A stretch of DNA of 64,000 nucleotides from an uncultured Candidatus Saccharibacteria bacterium. GTDB lineage: Bacteria > Patescibacteriota > Minisyncoccia > Phycocordibacterales > UBA2100. Numbering within the stretch: the first letter of the stretch is position 1; the number at the start of each line of letters is the position of its first letter. Location of the stretch: positions 152,098-216,097 of the forward strand of contig CAZELA010000003.1 in assembly GCA_964512835.1 (NCBI GenBank). The letters are read 5' to 3'. Under the pieces are notes generated by a model. That model saw only the letters and a list, made by a program, of their open reading frames with translations. It ran no database searches and had not been told where the DNA came from. Shown in pieces: positions 18,633 through 28,217 of this stretch. The position numbers and the translations under genes were made by a program.

Positions 18633-20360
18633 ATGTACATTTCAGAAACCCATTTGAAAACGTTTCTCGCTGATGCGGGACTTGTTTCGCAGAAGGATTT
18701 CGATGCCGCGGAAGCGGAAGCAAAAGCAAACGGGCAATCGGTCGGCGAAGTCCTGACCGCGAAGAACGCGATCGGCGAGGACGAGCTGCGACGCACCTAC
18801 GCGTACATCCTCGGTATCCCGTTCGTATCGCTCTCCGGTACCCAGATCAAATACGAGACGCTCTCGCTCATTCCCGAGCCGGTCGCACGCCGCAACAACA
18901 TCATCGCCTACAACCATCGCGGGGATGAGCTCGAAGTCGCGATGCTCGATACCGACGATCTTGCCGCTATCGACTTCATCAAAAAGAAGACTCATTTGAA
19001 AGTGCAGGCACGCCTGACGGACGCGGCATCGATCAAATTTGCACTCAAGCAGTATCAGCAGGGGCTGAAAGACAATCTCGGCGACGTGATCGAGCGCGAA
19101 ACCGCGGCGCTTGCAGGTGCGGTGATCGGCGACGAAAAGCAGATGGCAGAGGGCGTGCCGGCTGTCCGCATCGTCGACACGCTGCTCCGACATGCAAACG
19201 CTCAGAACGCGTCCGACATCCATATCGAACCGCTCGAAAATACGCTGCTCATCCGTTATCGCATCGACGGTCTGCTTCATGATGCGATGGAGCTCCCGAA
19301 ACATGCCGCGGCTGCAGTAACTGCGCGCATCAAGGTGCTCGCCAACATGAAGCTCGACGAGAAACGGCTGCCGCAGGACGGCCGATTCGGAACAGAGAGC
19401 GCAGGCGAACGTGTGTCGTTCCGCGTATCAGTGCTCCCGACATATTTCGGCGAAAAGATTGTCATGCGATTGCTCCGCGACAATATCTCAGGCTTCACGC
19501 TCGAAGGCATCGGGTTCCACGGCACCGGGCTCGAGCGCATGCACGATGCGATCAAAAAGACGACGGGACTCATTCTCACGACCGGTCCGACCGGTGCGGG
19601 TAAATCAACGACGCTCTACACGCTTTTGGATATCGTGAACACGCCGGATGTGAACATTTCGACCATCGAAGACCCGATTGAATACCAGATGGCACGCGTG
19701 AATCAGACGCAGGTGCGACCGGAGATCGGCTTCACGTTCGCAAACGGACTCCGCTCCTTGGTGCGACAAGACCCGGATATCGTCATGGTGGGCGAAATCC
19801 GCGACAAAGAGACCGCTGCGCTCGCGGTCAACGCGGCACTCACCGGTCACTTGGTGCTCTCTACCCTGCACACCAACTCCGCGGCAGGAGCGGTGGCGCG
19901 ACTCCTCGACATGGGTATTGAACCGTTCCTGTTGGTCTCCACGCTTCGCGTGATCATCGGACAGCGACTTGTCCGCCGCCTGACGCCTGATCACGAACCC
20001 TACGAACTCACGAAGGATCAGCAGGCTGACCTTGAAAACCTCATCGATCAAGGGGCGGTCCTGAAAGCGCTCAAGGAGGAGAAAATCGTTTCCGCTGAAA
20101 CGACCTGGAAGAACGCCCCGTTTTACAAGCCGCATGAGAACGGACAGTCCCCGTCGGGTTACGCCACGCGCATCGGCATTTATGAGGTGCTCCCGGTCAC
20201 GTCCACTATTAAGGAGCTCATCATGAAAAGCGCCGCAGGCGACGAGATTCATGAGCAGGCCCGCAAGGAGGGAATGCTTACTATGAGCGAGGACGGAATA
20301 TTCAAGTCGGTACAGGGCCTCACAACAATTGAGGAAGTCCTTCGTGTGATTACGGAGTAA
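18633..20360 (+). CDS. pilB: type IV pilus assembly ATPase PilB (GspE family)
   Basis: Walker A GPTGAGKSTTLY and GspE-family Asp and His boxes in a 575-aa protein. Confidence 0.9.
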   Translation: MYISETHLKTFLADAGLVSQKDFDAAEAEAKANGQSVGEVLTAKNAIGEDELRRTYAYILGIPFVSLSGTQIKYETLSLIPEPVARRNNIIAYNHRGDELEVAMLDTDDLAAIDFIKKKTHLKVQARLTDAASIKFALKQYQQGLKDNLGDVIERETAALAGAVIGDEKQMAEGVPAVRIVDTLLRHANAQNASDIHIEPLENTLLIRYRIDGLLHDAMELPKHAAAAVTARIKVLANMKLDEKRLPQDGRFGTESAGERVSFRVSVLPTYFGEKIVMRLLRDNISGFTLEGIGFHGTGLERMHDAIKKTTGLILTTGPTGAGKSTTLYTLLDIVNTPDVNISTIEDPIEYQMARVNQTQVRPEIGFTFANGLRSLVRQDPDIVMVGEIRDKETAALAVNAALTGHLVLSTLHTNSAAGAVARLLDMGIEPFLLVSTLRVIIGQRLVRRLTPDHEPYELTKDQQADLENLIDQGAVLKALKEEKIVSAETTWKNAPFYKPHENGQSPSGYATRIGIYEVLPVTSTIKELIMKSAAGDEIHEQARKEGMLTMSEDGIFKSVQGLTTIEEVLRVITE

Positions 20361-20389
20361 ATCTGCGGGACTAACGGGTCGTGCCCGGT

Positions 20390-21076
20390 TCAGCGGAGCG
20401 CTCCGATACTCCACACCAAGACTGCGCTTTCCTGCAGAACAAAGAACCAGTAGAACGCGAGCCCGGTCGCATATCCTCGTTTCCCGTTATAAAGGAGTAT
20501 CAACGGCAGTGCGAGCACGCCGAAGTGCTCCATCGGATGCATGTAAAACGGTGCGCCGAACCCCGGAGCAATAAAAAAGCTCAGTTTCGTCATAACGAGC
20601 ATGATGAAGATCTGGCTGAACACCATTTCATAGGGTTTGTTATAGAACAGGTAGAACGCGACGATCATAAGCACTCCGCCTGATGCAAAATCGGTATGCA
20701 GAACGTATCCGAGTGCGATACACGCAATCACGCCTATCCACGCGAGATATCGGGGTGTATTCGTCTTGAGGATACGAATAGCAAGTAGTCCGAGGAACAG
20801 CGTCCAGAGTACGTTCAGGAACAGCTCGTGCGAGTGGTTTATGTAGTGTGCGATCTCTACCGGGATTTGTGCGATGAGGGCAAATATGCCGAGACGCATG
20901 AGGTATCGGTCGATGTTACTCGTGTGCACCGCGCCGTTGGCGATCAGCCACGCGATAAGGGGGAAGGCGAGGCGGCCGATAATGATTAACGGAAGTGATT
21001 TTGGGTAGTAGAGAAGTGCGTAGTGATCAACGATCATTGCGCTTATTGCGACGACCTTTATCCAAAACGCATTCAT
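20390..21076 (-). CDS. TraX-family polytopic membrane protein (putative)
   Basis: N-terminal WIKVVAISAMIVDHYALL resembles the TraX-family signature; multiple TM helices. Confidence 0.45.
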   Translation of the reverse strand: MNAFWIKVVAISAMIVDHYALLYYPKSLPLIIIGRLAFPLIAWLIANGAVHTSNIDRYLMRLGIFALIAQIPVEIAHYINHSHELFLNVLWTLFLGLLAIRILKTNTPRYLAWIGVIACIALGYVLHTDFASGGVLMIVAFYLFYNKPYEMVFSQIFIMLVMTKLSFFIAPGFGAPFYMHPMEHFGVLALPLILLYNGKRGYATGLAFYWFFVLQESAVLVWSIGALR

Positions 21077-21168
21077 GCATAAACGATAGCACCTCAACGG
21101 TTCACATTATGTACATTCGTCAGTGGTTTTGCGTCTCGCGTGATACAGCGCACGCTATACTTGAATGA

Positions 21169-22386
21169 ATGGCGCACTTTTCCTATACCGCAGAAAAAAA
21201 TGACGGCGAAGTATATAAAGGCGTTGCCGAGGCGAATGATCGTTTCGAGCTCTACCAGATAATCCGTCGCGAGGGTGCCCACATTATTTCGGTAAACGAG
21301 GATTCCGGCTCGTCGAAATACAGTCTCAAGTACATCAATTCGATCTTCAGCAGCATCAAAGAGTACGACAAGATATTGTTCGCTCGTAATCTCGGCGCCA
21401 TGCTCGGTGCCGGACTTTCGCTCGCTCGTGCACTGTCGGTCATCGAGCGCCAGTCCAAGAACCCGAAACTGGCGGTGACTGTTGCCGAACTCGCGAGTGA
21501 CGTCCGCCGCGGCGATACGCTCCATATGGCGCTTGGTAAGTATCCGAACGTCTTTCCGAAGCTCATGGTTGCTATGGTGCGGGCGGGTGAAGAAGGCGGC
21601 GATCTTTCGTCGTCGCTCGCCGTCACATCGGACCAGATGGAGCGTATTCACGATCTCAAAAAGAAGATCCGCGGTGCCATGCTGTATCCGTGCATCATTC
21701 TCTTCGCGATCGTCGGTATCGGAACGCTCATGATGATCAAGGTGGTTCCGACACTCGCACAGACATTCATTGAGATGAATGCAAAACTGCCGCAGTCGAC
21801 ACGCATCGTAATCGCGATCAGCGACTTCCTCATTACGAATACTGTGTTGGCAGTCATCGTGCTTGTCGGTGCGTTTGCATCAATTATTCTGATGGCAAAG
21901 ACAACTCCCGGCAGGCGACTATCGGATAAGCTGTTCCTAACGATGCCGATCATCGGCCCGATGGTAAAAGAGGTCAACGCTGCGCGCACTGCGCGCACGC
22001 TCGCGTCACTCTCGAGTTCGGGTGTCGACGTGCTCACGAGTCTCGAGATCACCGAAGAGGTCGTGCAAAACTCCTATTTTCGCGACATTTTACGGCGTGC
22101 CCGAAAGTCGGTCGGAGAAGGTGAGCCGCTCTCGGCTACATTCGTACGCAGTGACGCGTTATATCCGGCATTCGTCGGGGAAATGATGGCGGTCGGCGAA
22201 GAGACGGGACAGACCGCAGAAATGCTCAAGCGACTCGCCGCGTATTACGAGACCGAGGTCGACCGCAAGACTAAAGACATGTCGACAATCATCGAGCCGT
22301 TCCTGATGCTCTTCATCGGCGGTGCGGTCGGGTTCTTTGCTATCTCTATGATTTCTCCGATTTATCAGCTCTCCGAACACATCTAA
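21169..22386 (+). CDS. pilC: type IV pilus platform protein PilC (GspF family)
   Basis: Two GspF-like repeats with TM segments in a 405-aa protein. Confidence 0.9.
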   Translation: MAHFSYTAEKNDGEVYKGVAEANDRFELYQIIRREGAHIISVNEDSGSSKYSLKYINSIFSSIKEYDKILFARNLGAMLGAGLSLARALSVIERQSKNPKLAVTVAELASDVRRGDTLHMALGKYPNVFPKLMVAMVRAGEEGGDLSSSLAVTSDQMERIHDLKKKIRGAMLYPCIILFAIVGIGTLMMIKVVPTLAQTFIEMNAKLPQSTRIVIAISDFLITNTVLAVIVLVGAFASIILMAKTTPGRRLSDKLFLTMPIIGPMVKEVNAARTARTLASLSSSGVDVLTSLEITEEVVQNSYFRDILRRARKSVGEGEPLSATFVRSDALYPAFVGEMMAVGEETGQTAEMLKRLAAYYETEVDRKTKDMSTIIEPFLMLFIGGAVGFFAISMISPIYQLSEHI

Positions 22387-22417
22387 CGCCTGACTTTCCG
22401 CTTTTCTCTCTCATTGC

Positions 22418-24169
22418 ATGCGGACCCCTCTCTCAACTGCTCGCCCCCGCACCTTGTCTCAGGCAGGTGTGACGCTCATCGATACGATCGTCGGCACCGC
22501 ACTGATGCTCGTTGTATTCATGGGCATTACGGCCGCCTTCCAGCTGACGGTCGATGTTGTGAGTAACAGTAAGGCTCGTGCAGGGGCAATCGCGCTCGAC
22601 AACGAGCGTATGGAGTATTTAAAGAGTTTGTCATACTCGCAGATCGGTGTGATTGGCGGAATTCCGTCCGGTATCGTGCCGCAGCTTGAAACGGTCACAC
22701 TCAACGGCGTTACCTACACCCGCCGAACGCTGGTCTACTATTCAGACGATCCCGCCGACGGCACAGGCGCCGCCGACACGAATAACATCATCGCCGACTA
22801 CAAAACGATCCGCGTCGAGGTGTCGTGGAAATACAAACGATCGGATCGCAGTATTCAGGTGGTCGGTCGCGTATCGCCGACTGGCATAGAAACCTCTGTC
22901 CCGGGCGGCACGCTCACGATCAACGTGGTGGATGCGAATGCGGCACCGCTTCGAGACGCACAGGTTGATATCACCAATACGTCAACGACTCCCGCAGTCT
23001 CAATTCGCACATTCACCAATGATCTCGGCTCCATCACGTTCATTGGTGCACCCGCCTCAAGTAACTATCAGGTCGTGGTCTCAAAAACCGGCTACTCTTC
23101 AGCGCAAACGTACCCCGTGACCGTGCAGAATCCGAATCCGAATCCGCGACACCTCACGGTCTCGAATAATCTCACGACGACGGGAACCTTCGCGATTGAC
23201 CTGCTTTCGAGCAAATCGATTCAGACATACAAAGCTGTCGAAGACCGCACATGGACCGACACACTATCGAATGCAACGTATGTTGCGACAACGAGCAACG
23301 TCACCGTTTCCGGCGGCACTGCAAAACTGTTCGGTCCTCCGTACGGAACGAGCGGTTTCATACTTTCGACCGACATCACAACCTCGCTGCTCAACAGCTG
23401 GAATACAATCACGTGGACCGACACGACACCGGCACAGACTGATGTCCTGTATTCGCTCTACACCATGTCCGGCGGCGTGCCGACGCTGATTCCTGACAGT
23501 GACTTTCCGGGAAATTCGACGGGGTTCTCGAGTTCAACGGTCGACATATCCGCGCTCTCCACATCAACGTACCCGATCGTGCGCATCGGTGCCACGCTTA
23601 TCAGTACAAGCTCGAGCGCTACACCATCCATCGACTCGTGGAATGTTTCGTACAAGTACGGGCCGGAAGTGTTTCCGAACCTCGCCGTGACCATTCGCGG
23701 GCAGAAGACGATCGGGAACAGTCCCACCGTCTATAAATACAACGCAACGAGCACGAGCGACGGGGCGGGCAAAATATCCATTCCGTCCATTGAATGGGAT
23801 ACGTATCAGATCGATCCGGCGACCATGTCCGGATTCGAGACCGCAGAAGTCTGTGCCCCGCAACCTGAACTGCTCTCGCCGGGCGGCTCGCAGTTCACGC
23901 GGCTCTACGTCGCAACGAACACCCCGCGCGCACTTATCGTCGACGTACGCGAGGGTAGCGGTACCTATATTCAGAATGCATCGGTACAATTGTTCAGTAC
24001 GACAACGAATAAGACATTGAAAACGTCGGCGTGCGGACAGGTGTACTTCCCGGGACTTGGCAGCGGTTCGTATACGTTAAACGTGTCGAAGGCCGGTTTC
24101 CAGCCGAAGTCGTCCAATATCATCATTTCGACCGTCGACTCGCGTCAATCCGTCGTACTCGTACCGTAG
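22418..24169 (+). CDS. large prepilin-type protein with beta-rich domains
   Basis: Class III signal (AG|VTLIDTIVGTALMLVVF) followed by carboxypeptidase-regulatory-like beta domains. Confidence 0.6.
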   Translation: MRTPLSTARPRTLSQAGVTLIDTIVGTALMLVVFMGITAAFQLTVDVVSNSKARAGAIALDNERMEYLKSLSYSQIGVIGGIPSGIVPQLETVTLNGVTYTRRTLVYYSDDPADGTGAADTNNIIADYKTIRVEVSWKYKRSDRSIQVVGRVSPTGIETSVPGGTLTINVVDANAAPLRDAQVDITNTSTTPAVSIRTFTNDLGSITFIGAPASSNYQVVVSKTGYSSAQTYPVTVQNPNPNPRHLTVSNNLTTTGTFAIDLLSSKSIQTYKAVEDRTWTDTLSNATYVATTSNVTVSGGTAKLFGPPYGTSGFILSTDITTSLLNSWNTITWTDTTPAQTDVLYSLYTMSGGVPTLIPDSDFPGNSTGFSSSTVDISALSTSTYPIVRIGATLISTSSSATPSIDSWNVSYKYGPEVFPNLAVTIRGQKTIGNSPTVYKYNATSTSDGAGKISIPSIEWDTYQIDPATMSGFETAEVCAPQPELLSPGGSQFTRLYVATNTPRALIVDVREGSGTYIQNASVQLFSTTTNKTLKTSACGQVYFPGLGSGSYTLNVSKAGFQPKSSNIIISTVDSRQSVVLVP

Positions 24170-24173
24170 ATCT

Positions 24174-24770
24174 ATGCTCACGAACACACGAGGCATGTCA
24201 TTCATAGAAACGATGGTGTGGATCGCGCTTTTGATTTCTGCGATGCTCGCGATCTCGTCGACCGTTCTCTACTTCTATCGGACGAACTCGTACGCACTCG
24301 AACAGTCGACGGCGGTCACTTCGGCGCAGCGCGGATTGGAAAGCATGGTAAAGACGATCCGTGAGGCCGCATACTCGTCGCAGGGCGCGTTTCCGGTTGT
24401 CACGGTTCAGCCGAACGATTTCATCTTTTATGCCGACGTCGACAGTGATCCTTTGATCGAGAGAGTGCACTATTATCTGGTCGGTACGACGATGATGCGT
24501 GGGGTACTGAACCCGAGCGGCGATCCGCCGGATTACACCGGTGCCGAAACGACTGAAGTGCTCGCGGACTACGTGCGCAATACCTCGCTCGGTCTGTCGA
24601 CATTCAGATACTACGACGCGCTCGGAGCGGAAATCGCGTCGTCCAGCTCCGCGTATACTGCAGTGCGCTTCGTCAAAGTAACACTCGCGGTCAACGTGAA
24701 TACCGCGACGCTCCCGAACCAATTGAGTCTTTATTCATCGGCTGCGCTCCGAAACCTCGCCGGCAAATGA
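24174..24770 (+). CDS. prepilin-type minor pilin
   Basis: RG|MSFIETMVWIALL prepilin peptidase motif with Glu at +5. Confidence 0.6.
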   Translation: MLTNTRGMSFIETMVWIALLISAMLAISSTVLYFYRTNSYALEQSTAVTSAQRGLESMVKTIREAAYSSQGAFPVVTVQPNDFIFYADVDSDPLIERVHYYLVGTTMMRGVLNPSGDPPDYTGAETTEVLADYVRNTSLGLSTFRYYDALGAEIASSSSAYTAVRFVKVTLAVNVNTATLPNQLSLYSSAALRNLAGK

Positions 24771-24771
24771 T

Positions 24772-26190
24772 ATGAACACATTACGTACTGCCCGCGGTGT
24801 TACTACGCTCATGGTGCTGCTCTACATGGCGCTGTTCGTGCTCATATTGAGCACCATCTCAGGGTATGCACTTACACAATCGCGATACGGTCGCGCGCTC
24901 GCTGCGCGGGAACAAGGCCTGCATGTGGCCGAAGCGGGTCTTGAATATTACCGCTGGTTCCTCGCGCACAATCCGACGATCATGGATGCGGGTGTGGGAC
25001 TCGTGAGTCCGAAAACGTACACAGAGGTCGACCCGGAGACCGGAGCCGTAGGCGACGCCACGGTTACCGCGACCGCGACGCTGCAGTGCGGTGTCGTGCA
25101 GTGGGTAGATCTCCAGTCGAAGGGTGTCGCGTATGCGGATCGTTTGTTCCCGCGCACACTGACCGCACGCTACATGAAGCCTTCAGTCGCTGAATACTCA
25201 TATGTGGTTAATACGAGTGTATGGGCAGGGCCGGATCGAAATATCCGCGGTCCGTATCATTCAAACGGCGGCGTTCGCATGGACGGGTCAAGCAATTCAA
25301 CCGTTTCGAGCTCGGTTGCAACGTGGAACTGCGACGCAAGTTATGGCTGCTCGCCGTCACAAAGCACGGCGCCGGGAGTCGTAGGCAGCGGCACAAATCC
25401 CGAGTTGTGGAAATTTCCCGTCCCGACGATCGACTTTGCGCTCATTGCGGTCGACTTCACGAACCTGAAAGCAAAAGCGCAAGCGGGCGGCATTTACTAT
25501 CCGGCGGCCGCGGGTTCGCAGAGCGAGCGAGGGTACCACGTGATATTCAATGCGGACGGCACCTTTACCCTTTACCGAGTGACTTCGACGGACGGCTACC
25601 CGAGTCAATCGTCGCAGTACGGTGTGACCACGGAAAATAGTGTGATTACGGGACAGACGCTTATCGGCACCTTTGCGGTGCCGCCGAGCTGCTCCCTCAT
25701 GTTTTTCGAAGACCGCGTGTGGGTAGAGGGAACCGTGAATGCCAAGGTCACTGTCGTTGCAGCAACGCCGAGTAACAGCTCAACGCCGGACGCGTATTTG
25801 AATAACAACATTTTGTACGGCTCAAACGACGGTACGGACGGATTGACCGTGATCGCAGAGCGAAACGTGCTCATTCCGCTCGTAGTTCCCGACCTTATGG
25901 AGGTGCACGGAATCTTCGTGGCACAGAGCGGTCACTACGGGCGTGACTACTTTTCCATCAACGACACCCCGGCGTCGCTTGACCAGTATGTGTCCCAAAC
26001 ACGGCTGACAACTATCGGCACGGTCGTTTCAAACGGACGAACGGGCACATCGTGGATTTGCGGCGGTGTTTTCTGCTCCGGTTTCCAGACTCGATACGAT
26101 TACTACGATCAGCTTGTCGCGTTCTCGCCGCCTCCGTTCACGCCGGTCGCGTCCACAAACTACACCTTCTCTTTGTGGCGCGAAAAGTAG
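24772..26190 (+). CDS. PilX-like minor pilin
   Basis: Hydrophobic prepilin-like N-terminus plus a PilX_N-like AEAGLEYYRWFL motif. Confidence 0.55.
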   Translation: MNTLRTARGVTTLMVLLYMALFVLILSTISGYALTQSRYGRALAAREQGLHVAEAGLEYYRWFLAHNPTIMDAGVGLVSPKTYTEVDPETGAVGDATVTATATLQCGVVQWVDLQSKGVAYADRLFPRTLTARYMKPSVAEYSYVVNTSVWAGPDRNIRGPYHSNGGVRMDGSSNSTVSSSVATWNCDASYGCSPSQSTAPGVVGSGTNPELWKFPVPTIDFALIAVDFTNLKAKAQAGGIYYPAAAGSQSERGYHVIFNADGTFTLYRVTSTDGYPSQSSQYGVTTENSVITGQTLIGTFAVPPSCSLMFFEDRVWVEGTVNAKVTVVAATPSNSSTPDAYLNNNILYGSNDGTDGLTVIAERNVLIPLVVPDLMEVHGIFVAQSGHYGRDYFSINDTPASLDQYVSQTRLTTIGTVVSNGRTGTSWICGGVFCSGFQTRYDYYDQLVAFSPPPFTPVASTNYTFSLWREK

Positions 26191-26237
26191 CGCGGACGTA
26201 CGGCCCCGTCGGGAAAAATCGAGCGTGATACAATCGC

Positions 26238-26993
26238 GTGATGAAAACACTTCTGGTCGCTAACTGGAAGATGAACCCGTCGACCTTCAAAGAGGCGAAG
26301 GCGCTGCTCGACGCGACCAAGAAAGTGGGAGATAAGGCTAAGCAGGTAACGATCGTGCTTGCTCCGCCGAGTATTTACCTGCGTCAGCTTCGCCTCCTCT
26401 ATAAAGGAAAGCGTATCGCATTTTGTGCGCAGAACGCGCGCGGCGAGAACGGCGGCGCGCTTACCGGCGAGATCTCAATGGTGCAAGCGCGTGATGCCAA
26501 GGCGCTGTTTGTCCTTATCGGTCATGCTGAACGGCGGGCGATGGGCGAAACGAACGACGACACAAAGAAAAAAGTCGCCGCAGCGCTTGCGCTCAACATG
26601 ACGCCGATCCTCTGCATCGGCGAGACCGAGCGTACGAGCTCAGGTGCCCACTACGCACATGTCGCCGAACAGTTGATCGTCGGCCTTTCGGCTGTTCCGA
26701 AGGGAATGCTCAAAAAAGTACTGGTCGCCTATGAGCCGGTGTGGGCGATCGGCGCCACGAGTGCCATGTCGCCGCGCGACATGCACGAAATGGCAATCTT
26801 CATACGAAAGACGGTCGTCGGGGTACATGGTGAGGTCGGTATGCAAATGCGAATTCTGTACGGAGGATCAATCGATGACACGAACGCCGCAGATATGTGC
26901 ACAGAGGGGGATGTCGAGGGGCTGCTTGTTGGGCGCGCCTCGGCTGATCCGCGAAAGGTAACGCAACTCATCAACGTGCTTCAAAACGCCTGA
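26238..26993 (+). CDS. tpiA: triosephosphate isomerase
   Basis: ANWKMN start and the TIM active-site loop (AYEPVWAIGT). Confidence 0.9.
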   Translation: MMKTLLVANWKMNPSTFKEAKALLDATKKVGDKAKQVTIVLAPPSIYLRQLRLLYKGKRIAFCAQNARGENGGALTGEISMVQARDAKALFVLIGHAERRAMGETNDDTKKKVAAALALNMTPILCIGETERTSSGAHYAHVAEQLIVGLSAVPKGMLKKVLVAYEPVWAIGATSAMSPRDMHEMAIFIRKTVVGVHGEVGMQMRILYGGSIDDTNAADMCTEGDVEGLLVGRASADPRKVTQLINVLQNA

Positions 26994-26994
26994 T

Positions 26995-28122
26995 ATGCGG
27001 AGTATCCGCGACATACCGGTCACTGACCTCAAGGGAAAGCGCGTGCTTGTGCGTGCGGGTTTCGATCTGCCGCTCAATAAGAAAGGCGAGGTGGCGGATC
27101 TGTTCCGTGTGCGACGCTCTTCCGAGACCATCAAGTATCTCTCCGAGATCGGGGCGCGCGTCATCATTCTCTCGCACATCGGCCGCGACCCGGAGGAAAC
27201 GAACGAGCCTGTTTCGCGCGCGCTCACGAATGAAATGAAAGTTACATACATTCAGGACCTTACCGGTCCGATTGCGCACTCTGCAAAAGATGCGATGCGG
27301 GACGGCGATATTCTTTTGCTCGAGAACTTGCGTCGTGATTCTCGCGAGACCCAGAATGATGACGGGTTCGCGCGCGAACTCGCTGCGCTCGGCGAGATCT
27401 ACGTCGGCGACGCGTTTTCCGCAGCGCATCGCGCGCACGCCTCGATTGTCGGCGTTCCGAAATACCTGCCCCACTATGCCGGCATCCTGATGGATGCGGA
27501 GGTTCGCGAGCTTTCAAAAGCGCGATCGCCGCTACACCCGTCTTTTGCGATACTCGGCGGTGCAAAATTCGAGACCAAAGCTCCGCTCATCCGCACGCTG
27601 CTTGAAAACTACGACAACGTGTTCATTACGGGCGCGCTCGCAAATGATGTGTTCAAGGCACGCGGTATGACGGTCGGGCGGTCGCTCATCTCTGCCGAGC
27701 TCCCCGGCGAGGATGTATTGAATCATGAACACTTCCTTGCCCCGGTCGACGTGACCGTCGAGCGACCGGATAAGCAGTCGCGGGTCAAAAAGGCGACCGA
27801 CGTTGAGGCCGACGAGAAGATCGTTGATATCGGTCCGGAGACCGTCGCGCTGATTGCTCCGTATATAGATCAGGCAAAATTCATTCTGTGGAACGGCCCG
27901 ACCGGTCTCTATGAAGCAGGGTACGGTGAATGGACGCACGCGATCGCGGAATTGATAGCGAACAGCGGCGCTCAAAAGGTGATCGGTGGAGGAGATACGA
28001 TAGCCGTCATTGAGGAAAGCGGTATGGAACGGGAGCACCTTGGCTTCTTGTCCACCGGCGGAGGCGCCATGCTCGAATACATTCTTGCGGGAACGCTTCC
28101 CGGTATCGAGGCGCTTTCCTAG
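26995..28122 (+). CDS. pgk: phosphoglycerate kinase
   Basis: PGK N-terminal (KRVLVRAGFDLPL) and C-terminal (GGGAMLEY) motifs. Confidence 0.9.
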   Translation: MRSIRDIPVTDLKGKRVLVRAGFDLPLNKKGEVADLFRVRRSSETIKYLSEIGARVIILSHIGRDPEETNEPVSRALTNEMKVTYIQDLTGPIAHSAKDAMRDGDILLLENLRRDSRETQNDDGFARELAALGEIYVGDAFSAAHRAHASIVGVPKYLPHYAGILMDAEVRELSKARSPLHPSFAILGGAKFETKAPLIRTLLENYDNVFITGALANDVFKARGMTVGRSLISAELPGEDVLNHEHFLAPVDVTVERPDKQSRVKKATDVEADEKIVDIGPETVALIAPYIDQAKFILWNGPTGLYEAGYGEWTHAIAELIANSGAQKVIGGGDTIAVIEESGMEREHLGFLSTGGGAMLEYILAGTLPGIEALS

Positions 28123-28217
28123 CGGCTCTATGAAAGAGCGGGCCCGTCGGTCCGTCTTTGTACACATGCGGAGAGACAGCTCCGCGCTTATACATACGTA
28201 ACCTCTATACTGGAGCT

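Noticed and set aside
21094-21651. 185-aa minus-strand ORF overlapping the pilC start
   Set aside because: It is antisense to a well-supported PilC N-terminus and has Arg-rich, low-complexity composition.
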